Shown piece by piece: positions 53,133 to 64,000 of a DNA stretch of 64,000 nucleotides; position 1 is the first letter of the stretch, and each line of letters starts with the position of its first letter. The stretch is taken from the NCBI GenBank assembly GCA_951406725.2, contig OX597817.1:143096001-143160000 (forward strand). The letters run 5' to 3'. A program made the position numbers and the translations under genes. The stretch is from Octopus vulgaris (lineage: Eukaryota). Below the pieces are notes generated by a model. The model made no database searches and was not told the DNA's origin. It saw only the letters and a program-made list of their open reading frames with translations.

Positions 53133-54252
53133 GGGGCTAATGCAGTTTCGCACCTCTCCTTGAAAAATGCATTTTTTTAAAAGATTTCTCGGATCCCTAC
53201 GTTTTAGATGTCGGAGATTACGAATATGCAACAAAGTAATAAATAATCTCTCCCCACACAAAGACTCTCTCCCCCGCCCCACCCCACCATTTAAAATTTT
53301 GAAGCTTTTCGAAATTTTTTCCCCTACGTTTTAGATGACGGAGATTCCGGATATGCAAGAAATCACGTATATTATTTACATTTGACGGTTATTTGTCTCT
53401 ATATTGTTTGTTGTTAACACAACGTTTCGGATAATATACCCTACAACCTTCATCAGGTGTCTTGGGGAAATTTGGAACCTGGGTTCTCATTTCTAAGGTT
53501 CGAAATTTCCACAAGGCACCTGATGAAGGCTGGAGAGTATATCAGCCGAAGCGTTGTGCTAACAACAGACAAAATGAGGACAAATATCCGTCAAATGTAA
53601 ATAATGTAAATAATGTACATAATTCCTCATCTTTTAAATATAGAACTGAATAAACCACGTTTTCAAAATTTTAGATTCAATAAGCATATAGGTAGGTGTA
53701 TAAAGAGATAGATAGATATGAATGTCTTCCTGGGGCTAAAAACAACAGTAACACCATCTTCTATAGGAGCGCCACATTTAGTTGACAAATATATTTTATA
53801 AATAAACGGACAGGGATAAATAGATAGACAGACAAATAATTAAATGAATAAAAAAGTCCAATATCTAAAATTGGGGGAGGGGGTGAAATTTGAGCCCTTT
53901 ATTAAATTTCATAACATTAATTATTAAATATTAATGTTTGTTTCTCATAAAATGGTGAATATTTAATTTACATTAAATTATTATTTACGATTATAAACAC
54001 AAGTAAAACGCAAATTCTTTTCACTTAAATGTTTTTGACTGTATTTAATTTCGATTGGCATATGTTCGTCAATTTGCTACGATCTCTTTAAGGTAAACAA
54101 AATCAAAAATTTAAGTGAAGAGGTGGGTGGGGCGAATTTTTTTTTTTTTTTGCATATTCGTAATCTCCGACTTCTAAAACGTAAGAATTCGAAAAAAATA
54201 TTTTTCAAACAAATGGATTCTTCATGGAGAGGTGCGAAACTGCATTAACCCC
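53133..54252. mobile_element. Non-autonomous DNA transposon with TIRs of about 100 bp starting GGGG
   Basis: GGGGCTAATGCAGTTTCGCACCTCTCC / GGAGAGGTGCGAAACTGCATTAACCCC, plus matching TCGGAGATTACGAATATGCAA; TSD degenerate. Confidence 0.75.
53368..53649. mobile_element. Head-to-head pair of hammerhead-bearing PLE terminal repeats
   Basis: - strand ACAC-CTGATGA..CC-GAAA-CGTT-GTGT (53417-53460); + strand GCAC-CTGATGA-A-GGCTG..CAGCC-GAAG-CGTT-GTGC (53516-53559). Confidence 0.8.
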
Positions 54253-54347
54253 AAAGACGTGTATGCCAAATTTCATGATATTTGCCATGAGAGCAAAAAT
54301 ATACTTCCAAAGCTACTCGTTATATGACGGGTAATACTGTAGATGAA

Positions 54348-54378
<31 letters not shown>

Positions 54379-54838
54379 ATATATAAATAAGTATATATAT
54401 ATATATATATTTCCATTGAACTTCGACTGTTACCCCTGACAACTGTCATATATCATGTATTCTCCCGATCAGTCAATCAGATCAATGGACTGTTGTCAAA
54501 TATTTTTTGTGGAGATCAAAGTATTTATTTATAACTTATTTTTAACGTCTGATAAGCCAAAAGTAGAAAGTTTAACTTAAAATTGTGTAACTTCAGTTAC
54601 AATAAATTATTTTACTCTAATTCTTGTATTGAGTACCTTTTTCATGATTGAATAACTAATATGTGTCCATTTTATACACACACACAAATAAATATACGTA
54701 CATGCATATATTTTCATATATATATGAAGATATATACATGTACATATATACATATTTATTCTTTCCTTTATATATATTGTAAGCTTAAAGCTTATGGCGA
54801 TAAAAAAAAACCATTCGCCCCGAAAGCATATATGTATA

Positions 54839-55357
54839 TTTGAACTCAGAATGTAGCAGCAGACGAAATACCTATTTCCTTACTACCCACAAGGGGCTAA
54901 ACAGAGTAGTGACAAACAAGGACATACAAACGGATTAAGTCGATTATATTGGCCCCAGTGCGTAACTGGTACTTATTTAATCGACCTTCGAAAGGATGAA
55001 AGGCAAAGTCGACCTCAGCGGAATTTGAACTCAGAACGTAACGGTAGACGAAATACCTATTTCTTTATTACCCACAAGGGGCTAAACGCAGAGGAAACAA
55101 ACAAGGACAGACATAGGTATTAAGTCGATTACATCGACCCCAGTTCGTAACTGGTACTTAATTTATCGACCCCGAAAGGATGAAAGGCAAAGTCGACCTC
55201 GGCGGAATTTGAACTCACAACGTAATGGCAGACGAAATACCGCTAAGCATTTCGCCCGGCGTGCTAACGTTTCTGCCAGTTCGCCACCTTAACGTAACGG
55301 TAGACGAAATACCGCTAAGCATTTCGTCCGTCGTGCTAGCCATAGCTCGCCGCCTTA
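54839..55357 (-). mobile_element. Tandem array of SINE family B units
   Basis: TTGAACTCA.AA recurs at about 54840, 55025 and 55209; duplicated head at 55290-55357. Confidence 0.9.
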
Positions 55358-55992
55358 GCAACGTAGGATAAAATATCCTGCTGAAAGACACAATCGAACT
55401 CACAACCTAACGATTGCGAGCTGAGTACCCTAACCACTAAGCCACGCGCTTTCACACCATAATTTGATTTATGTCAAGAAAGAAAAGTAATGAACTTGTG
55501 CTAAAAGCATAGACAAATGCGTCAGTAATTTAATTAAGTGATTACAAGAAGCATTCCGATTACGAAGTAACAAAAAAAAATACAAGAAAAATAAGAAGCA
55601 GTTTTTTTTTTCTTTTCTCTTTTTTGTCTGTGGAAATGGTCGGAAGAGAATTGCTTTATGAGATTTTTAAAATGTTGATTTAGTGAAATGCTGGAAATAA
55701 TTTTTGCAAACATTGAAAAGTTTCCGCGAACCACTCGAAAATATTTGTTCTACAAATGTTAAATGGATCTTTTATCTTTTACCAATCAATAGACTGCGGC
55801 CATGCTGGGGCACTATCTGGGAGAACTTTTTCGTAGAACAAATCAACCACAGTACTTTTTTCTCCCTTTTTTTTTTAGTTTTTGTTTTAGCATGGTAATT
55901 ATTCTATCGATATCTTTTGCCGAACCGCTAGGTCATGAGGACAAAAACACACCAACGCCTGATGTCAAGCGGTGGTGGAAGGGATACACACA

Positions 55993-56059
<67 letters not shown>

Positions 56060-56182
56060 CTTCATGCATATGATTTTTTTATTCTTTTACTTATTTTAGT
56101 CATTTGACTGCGGCCATGCTGGAGCACCGCCTTTAGTCGAACAAATCGATCCCAGGACTTATTCTTCGTAAGCCTGGTACTT

Positions 56183-57546
56183 ATTTATTTTATGAAATTG
56201 GCCATAAAGGCCTTACATAGAGGGGACAGCAAAAGGTGGGGACGAAAAACAAAACAAATGAAAAAAATGTATTGAATATAATGAAAAAATGGAATGAACA
56301 AAAAAGAAATTTTTTTTTTTTTCACTACCCACAAGGGGCTAAACATAGAGGGGACAAACAAGGACAGACAAAGGGATTAAGCCGATTACATCGACCCCAG
56401 TGCGAAACTGGTACTTTATTTATCGACCCCGAAAGGATGAAAGGTAAGTCGACCTCGGCGGAATTTGAACTCAAAACGTAACGACAGACGAAATACCGCT
56501 TAGCATTTCGCCCGGCGCGCTAACGTTTCTGCCAGCTCGCAGAAATAGTGATTTCATTGAATCTGTTAACACAACCCTTTTTTTAAAAAAACATTAATTT
56601 AAACTACCATTGATAATTCCTTTGTGAGAGCTAGCTCCCACTTTCTTGGAAAATGTCTATGTCAAGTTCCTTGAAAATGTAAGCATATCTTACCCTTTTA
56701 GAAATTTTGTGGTACCCATTTTCGTAACCCACCAATCGAAATCTGTTTCATCTTCGAAATTTATCAATCTTGAGAGGCACTCCGGGTCCGCCACTGCACA
56801 GAAAACGTCCTCGGGCAACCCTCCTACCCTTGTTATGTCTACTTCTATTGCTTTTTCCCATGTCTTTAACTCGTTGCAAAGTTCTTCTTTATTCCTGTTA
56901 TATAACAATTTTATCCAGGGCCCGGGTGAGGAGATTTGGAGCTCCTGTGTGTTTGTGCTAGTGTTCATGTCAAGCGGGGTATGGAGAGGGCTGGTGTCTG
57001 TAGGGGGTGGTTGGGTAGAATGGATGTGGGTGGGAGCCGGGTGGATGTGGGTTTGGGTCGTCCTTTACCACGTGTGTCCTCTTTCTCCTCTTCCTTCTCT
57101 GTTTTTCCCGCCGTTTCCCAGCTGGTGTTTACTTCCTCTTCCTCGACGCTGGTACTGGTCTTTGTCTGTGGTACCGCTTCACTCTCCTTCACATGCTTTT
57201 CCTCAGCCTCCATAGGAAGTAGAGCTCTAACCCTTTTCTCATTCCCTTGCCTTTCTTTAGTCTTCACGTGTGGTGGAGTACAATCCGCTTTAATGTTGCC
57301 TGAAAGGCCACATTTATAGCACCGCTGAATCCTCCCTTCTACTCTAACTTTCAGCGTCACGTCTGCGACCATACTTTCAATATCTTCTGGGTTAATCTGT
57401 ACCACCATGTCCAAACTCTGCCCTTGTCAGTTTCTGTAGGGTGTTCTACTGGCCTGCAGGACCACCACCTTTTCTTCCATGCCTAGCAGTATAGCAGCTA
57501 CCAGCAAGGCTACATTCACTTTTGGTGGTATGGCTTCTACCCTAAC
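56183..57546 (-). mobile_element. Tx1/L1-like element with ORF1 remnant and 3' tail but no ORF2 (half-L1-like), nested in a SINE A
   Basis: VRVEAIPPKV..VEGRIQRCYKCGLSGNIKADC (RRM-like + zinc knuckle, H>N). ORFs end at about 56690, then T-rich UTR and the shared tail. SINE A tail (56082-56183) and head (57552-57616) flank it. Confidence 0.65.
56310..56540 (-). mobile_element. SINE family B, near-identical to 52369-52602
   Basis: Same 5' truncation, diagnostic variants and flanks. Confidence 0.93.
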
Positions 57547-58689
57547 ACAATGGGAATGAACTCGGAACCATGTGGTTGGTAAGCAAACTACTTACTACAC
57601 AGCCACTCCTGCGCCTGTCTAAGATTCATAAGATCAGTTGCCCGGCTCCCATGACGTATAACTGAGCAAAATCACAACCCTCTTCTTGAAAAGAATACCA
57701 GTCCATCTCAAGGTTACTCGTTTACAACTAAATGAACTGGATCAACGAGAAATGAAGTGTTTTGCTCAAGAACACACCGAGCTCTAACCACCAGGCCACA
57801 CACCTTCACGGAAATCGAAAACGGTTTGCGAATTCGGTTATTCAAGGAACTCAGACTTCTAAAAGGCAATAAAGCAACGTAAGAAGACAACATAGAAAGT
57901 AGCTGTGGCGGAAGTATGGAAATTCCATTACTTTCAGTGTAAGGAGAATAATGGTTTTCTTTATTATTATTCCTAATCTTTCGGATTGACTGGGCGTGGT
58001 ACTTTATAAGGGTCATGAGTTCAACGCTCATCAAAAGGGCCGTGATACTTGCTTTAATTCTTATTATGGATATGGGCGTTTATTGGTGATACAGTTCTTT
58101 GAAATCCATTGATAACTTTGCTTCGAGATCCTTTAATAATAACCGGTCGAAGTTCAAGGTTTCTTAACTCTATGGTTTACTAACCCAACATTTTCTTATG
58201 ATTATATTAATTTTAATATTTCCGTCCATTAACCGATAATGAGATCTGAAATAGTCTGCGAGGATCCTATTGCAGACACACTCGTCGTCTGTTTGTGTTC
58301 GTTTACGTATTGCTTTATAATCGTGCGGGAGCGCGTGTGCGATATTTTCAACTAAAGGCGAGAAAATTATTGATTTCTCACACAGACGGTTGACCTTAAA
58401 ACTACAAAGTTACAGAGGGAAATGCATGAAATGCTATGGCGTTTCTACCTTGTCTATGGCTGTGAACAATGTCATTTAAGTGCATTTGTTACAATTAAAT
58501 TGAAACTACGTAAGAGAGTGATTCTCCTCATCTCTACAGTTCTCATCAATAATTCTGTGTTTCTGTAAATTATATGTGACATTGGGATGTCCATCCATAT
58601 GTATGTACATACATACATACATACATACATACATACATACATACATACATACATACATACATACATACATACAAAATCAGGCGATTGCC

Positions 58690-59420
58690 ACAAAGTAGCT
58701 TCTGAACAAGAGAGACAGTGACACTCTTGTAATCCCAAGGTGCAACTGCATGTGTCTCTGTGGAAGATATCACACATGTGATTAGCAGCTGTCCTAAAAT
58801 GCACTACCTCCCTATGCGACATGATGTTGCTAAAACAATTTACAATGTCATCCACAGAAAAGACTGTCTTGAAATAAACTTAGAAAATCCCTCTGCTATG
58901 GAATGCATTCATAAATACCTACTCAAGGAATACTTGTGAAATATTCCCATCAAAACTTCTGCTAAATGTAAGACTAACAGGCCGGATATTGTTGTTTAAG
59001 ACAGAGGGGCAAAGATATGTACCATCATAGAGGTTAGCTGTCCTGTAGATACAAATATCGCTTTGAAAATAAAAAAAAAAGAGGATATCTATAGACAAGT
59101 TCCTCGAAACCTCCAGCTCCTATATCCAGACTATGAATTCATATTCATACCAATAATAGTTGGAGCACTAGGTTTTGTTAGTAAATACTTAAAGGAGAAT
59201 CTGAATAAAATATGATTTTCAGAAAGAGAAATTGACCGGCTAATACGTACATCACAAGTGCAATCTGTGATTGGAACAGTAAAACTATGCAAGACTTTTC
59301 TCAAGTTCCAAATGTGAATTTATCTGTGCTAACTACCCAAAGATGGAGTCTTGTCTCTTTGTTGGAAACCGGCTCCCTCCTCAGTTGAATATTTATGATA
59401 ATTAAAAAATAGATGAGACA
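58690..59420 (+). mobile_element. R4/Dong LINE 3' remnant (CCHC + RLE)
   Basis: EDITHVISSCPK, RHDVAK and TNRPDIVV..IIEVSCPVD can be read on the + strand; begins after (CATA)n. Confidence 0.82.
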
Positions 59421-59471
59421 CATACATATACATACATCTATCCAAAATTTTGTGTGTGTGTGTGTGTGTGC

Positions 59472-60165
59472 GTCATTGTTCAGTTTTATTTCAAGATTTT
59501 TTGCCAATAGAGAAAGAACCGGTTTCTATTCTAGATCCAAGGCGCCATCACTGGAATTTCACCACCAACAACAGGGTATGTATGTATGTATGTATGTATG
59601 TATGTATGTATGTATGTATGTATGCATGTATATGTGCAGACTTGTATGTTTTGCTTTATGTGTGTCTTCTTATGCATATAGTTGCATATCTAGACATGCT
59701 CAGATATATACAAACGATAAACTTCGGGAAATTTTTACAGACTTTTACAGTTCTAGTGATGGCTTGGATCTGTAGTCTTCGAATTAGCTTTCTCCTTTCT
59801 GGTCCTAAGAAGCCCAATTTCTCAAGATTGGTATTTAGGTAGTGTGTTACATATCTCAGGGCCCCAATAATTACAAGTATAAACCTGAACTTGTAATCTG
59901 GATAGAGTAACTGCAGATTTCTCAATAGTTCAGCAAAAGTATTCTCTTTTTCACTGATCTTCAGCTTTATGTTAACATCCGCTGGACAATTTCTCTTCTC
60001 TATCCCAAATCATTTTATTGTGGTTTTCACTGGGACATTCCACAAGTATTCATTTTTATTATGAATGGCTATGTCTTCTACCATACTATGGGTTCTTATT
60101 TCTTTATCCGCGGAGTTATCCTTTCGACGGATCTCGTTATACAGTGTCCTAGCTACAACATCATG
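59472..60165 (-). mobile_element. R4/Dong LINE 3' remnant, tail-to-tail with the previous element
   Basis: HDVVARTLYNEIRRKD and RNLQLLYPDYKFRFILVIIGAL; homologous to 1640-2200. Confidence 0.85.
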
Positions 60166-60466
60166 TATGTATGTTATGTATATATGTATGCATATATGGA
60201 AGAGGTTACGGCACAGTTTGTTTGCAAACAACTCTGCCTAACCCCTACTGTGCATTGTGATCGAACTCAAAACCTACAACGTGGAGGTTAAACGTACTTC
60301 TTAAACCACATGCTCACATCTCTTAGTATACATATATACTTGTGTGCATGTGCGTAAACCTATACACACACACACACATATATATATACATGCATATATG
60401 CATATATCTATCTATATGTATATATGTGTGGTGGTGATGTGTGTATATACATATATATATATACAC

Positions 60467-60529
<63 letters not shown>

Positions 60530-61369
60530 TATATGTACGTATGTATGTATTGTAATTTGTAAAATTTCAATGCCGATTTTAATATGAGCATAGTGACATT
60601 GTGTGTCTTAACTAGTCTTCCTAATGGACACTGGCTGTTGTTGTCAAATTCCGACGTGACATAACAATAGATAAAAGGGGTTTAAATTATATGAAGGATT
60701 TCAACAAGGAGCATTTTATCTTCTTATTCTATTTTATTTTAAAAAATCTAATTACAGTTCTAAACAACTTGCGTGCTTAGATATGCTTATATGAAGCTAA
60801 AAAAAAGGCACAACCGAAATCTTATCGAAGAAAAATCTGTATTGAAGAAAGAATTGAAAATGTATTATTATCTTGTATAGCCATTTTACTGTTGAGAGCA
60901 TCGAAATGTTGTTAAGATTGCGGTGTTTAAATAGAAGAGAATAACAACACTGCTGATATTCACTGCACCATTATTAAGAAGACTTTTCTTTTTCACGAAA
61001 TCGAAGTTAAAAATCCTCTTTCATCTCGCTTCTTTCACATTCGCACGTATAGATCACTTTTTTCGTTATTGATTCCTTTACAAGCTTTACATTTTGTTTA
61101 AAATGTTCTCTCAACCTTTCAAAATTATATTCGTGTATGTTAATGTGTGTGTGTGTCTGTGCGTGTGTGTGCGGGGGTTTCTGTCAAGGGTATAGGGGGG
61201 GACCCCTATTTCTGAAAATACTTTAAACTACCTTAAAATACCCCTACATCTAATTGATACCGTGTGTGTGTGTGTGTGTGGAAAGAGAGGGCATAGATAA
61301 GATTTATCTATTTATGCATTTAATGACATAATACGTGTATGTGTGAGTGAGTGTGTATACATATATGTA

Positions 61370-61409
<40 letters not shown>

Positions 61410-61430
61410 CACACATATATATAGACACAC

Positions 61431-61464
<34 letters not shown>

Positions 61465-61494
61465 ATGTGTGTATGCATATGTGTATATATATAA

Positions 61495-61554
<60 letters not shown>

Positions 61555-62309
61555 CTTACTTCCATTTATATACAAAAACCCTTTTACATCTATCTAATAT
61601 CGTGTAAATAAAATTTATCCATACATTTAATCATAACCATCGTTTAAATGGGAGATTATTTCTGATAAATACGCAAAAAAAGGAATCCCCCTTCCATTGT
61701 TATCAGATGTTGTACATTTATAATATATTTGTACATTTACGTATATATTTTGTGTGCGTAGGATAAATCGTGTTTCTGAAAGGTAGAATAAAGTGAATTT
61801 TTGTCCGATACCGTATAGACAAAAATCATGAAACACTTTTACGAAACATTCCATAGACTGAACGATTTTATTTTATTCTTCATCGACGCCACCCAAGTAA
61901 TAATTAAACAGCTAGGTAGAGGAGAAACATTTAATGGCTAAATCATTCACGTTGCTACTACATTAAGACATGCAGTAATTAGTAATTTTTTTATCATTGA
62001 TAATAATTAATTTTTTCATCTAAATTCATGGGAGATAACTCCTATTTTAGATAATCACCAATATATATTGTATTTGTCGGCGTATAAGACGCACACTGAC
62101 ATTAGACGCACCCCTTTTTACACAGGTATATTTTTTGGAAAGAAAAAAACTAATTCAGTATATTTTATTATACACTAACTGAAAGCTATTCTTGTAGGGA
62201 GATAATGTATGTTTTTGTGCGTAGAAATACAATTCTGTGACAGAGTACTGGAATAAAGTATGAAGTCGAAATTCGATCATATACAATCTACGTTTATACC
62301 TATGTCATT

Positions 62310-62717
62310 ACTACCCACAATGGGCTAAACACAAAGAGGACAAACAAGGACAGGCAAATGGATTAAGTCGATTATATCGACCCCAGTGCGAAACTGGTAC
62401 TTTATTTATCGACCCCGAAAGGAGGAAAGGCAAAGTCGACCTCGGCGGAACTTGAACTCAAAACGTAACGGTAGACGAAATACTTATTTCTTTACTACCC
62501 ACAAGGGGCTAAACACAGAGGGTACAAACAAGGACAGACACACGGATTAAGTCGATTACATCGACCCCAGTGCGTAACTGGTATATAATTTATCGACCGC
62601 GAAAGGCTGAAAGACAAAGTCGACCTCGACGGAATTTGAACTCAGAACGTAACGGCAGACGAAATACGGCTACGCATTTCGACCGGCGTGCTAGCGTTTC
62701 TGCCAGCTCGCAGCCTT
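62310..62717 (-). mobile_element. SINE family B tandem dimer
   Basis: Two bodies joined at AAAGAAATAAG|TATTTCGTCT (- strand). Confidence 0.9.
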
Positions 62718-63436
62718 ATCTACGGCTATACCATTAGTGTATTTTATTTTGGGTTGTTTTTTTGTTTTTTTCAAATCAACGGCATAGATTTATTATATAT
62801 TTTTGCCGAGAGACTTGTATTTTGTAAAACTCGTATTTTGGAGCATGGTGCTTTCCGTTACGGTAATTAGCAGTAATTGATTAGAACAGCAGTTCTTAAA
62901 CAATGTGTTGGGGGTTTGGTTCTCAAACAGGATTCATATAAGATTTTGTCGTTAAAATTCATGCACAAAAAAAATTGGTTATATTTCTACGATCCGCAAA
63001 ATATCTTGACAATTATTTTGATATAATACCTAATAATATTTAATCATTGGAATATAATGCAAATTTTTTAAAACATCGAATAACTATAAGAGTCCAATAG
63101 AATAAACTAAGAATTAAGGAGATCCATGGGCAAAAACGTTTTAGAACGATGGATTTAATGTTTTGGTGCCTTGAAGATCGTGTCATTCATAAATTAGAAT
63201 TAAATAAAACGAAGTAAGCAATGGTTTTCTTGTTTTTTTTTTTGTTTTTTTTTTTGAGGTTTTTTCTCCAAAAAATTTTAAGCTTAAAAGATAGCAAAAA
63301 GATAGTTTTGTAATCGTTTGCAAAGTGAAACCGTAATATTTTTTTTTTTTTGAAATGAAGTGCGTTAGTAAATTTGTTGATTAATCTCCAGTTTACCATG
63401 AATTAAGAAAAGATTGTGATTCACTGAAGTAGAACA

Positions 63437-63736
63437 TTGTTGTTTGTTCCTTCTCGAGCCATGCCTGGCTCATAAGGGCCGGTTTCCCGGTTTCCTTGGC
63501 GTATAGGTTCCCCACCTGGACGGGACGCCGGTCTGTCGCAGGTGAGCTGCAAGAGGAAAGAGTCAGAGAAAGTTGTGGCGAAAGAGTCAGCAGAAGTTCG
63601 CCATTACCTTCTGCCGGAGCCGCGTGGAGTTTAGGTGTTCCGCTCATAAGCACACACATCGCCCGGTCTGAGATTCGAACCCGCGATCCCTCAACCGAGA
63701 ATCCGCTACTCTAACCACTAGGCCATGTGCCTCCAC
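63437..63736 (-). mobile_element. Full-length tRNA-SINE (head H2 + tail T2) with 13-bp TSD
   Basis: TSD GAAGTAGAACATT (63426-63438) / GAAGTAGAGCATT (63737-63749); A/B boxes TGGCCTAGTGG, GGTTCGAATC. Confidence 0.9.
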
Positions 63737-64000
63737 GAAGTAGAGCATTAAGTTAATCATATTTAGATACGTATATAAAGTGTGAAATGGTTTCTGACGA
63801 AGGCAAAAGGCCGGCAAATTTGAGGGGAGGGGTTAGTCTATTTCATCGAGTCCAGCAGTTGGCAAGTACTTTATTGACCGTAGATGGAAGAGTTTTCTAG
63901 AAAATTATAGTCATAGAAAATCATTCTGAAATATTGCTATGGGACTGAAGTAATGTGACCTTCCAGCTAGGTTGAAGTTATTCGCAATCTTTCTGCAAGA

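Noticed and set aside
62066-62870. pogo-like TIR element
   Set aside because: The left end resembles a pogo TIR (TATAAGACGCAC) but the matching right TIR is not convincing.
63660-63736. tRNA genes (here and at other A/B-box sites)
   Set aside because: They are SINE heads fused to SINE bodies, with no complete cloverleaf evident.

Overview
AT-rich eukaryotic DNA made almost entirely of repeats. I infer an octopus or other cephalopod genome from the extreme (TA)n/(CA)n/(TACA)n/(GATA)n microsatellite density, tRNA-derived SINEs, R4/Dong and Tx1 LINEs and Penelope-like (PLE) remnants; I could not confirm the taxon. I found no host protein-coding gene, tRNA, rRNA or CRISPR, and most ORFs in the track are microsatellite artefacts. 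Real coding remnants are all transposon-derived: a Tx1/L1 RT (14.1-16.8 kb), an ORF1-only Tx1-like element (56.2-57.5 kb), R4/Dong RLE LINEs, PLE RT/GIY-YIG pieces, Tc1/mariner transposases and a Helitron PIF1 fragment. Best leads: (1) a LINE, a half-LINE and a SINE that share a covarying 3' stem-loop; (2) many hammerhead-ribozyme-like PLE ends, often folded back into hairpins at (TA)n tracts; (3) two near-exact local inverted templated copies; (4) a foldback element with an 8-bp TSD; (5) a complete 2x2 shuffle of SINE head and tail modules. All alignments were done by eye, SINE family labels (A, B, H1/H2, T1/T2) are my own, and boundaries are approximate unless a TSD or TIR is quoted.
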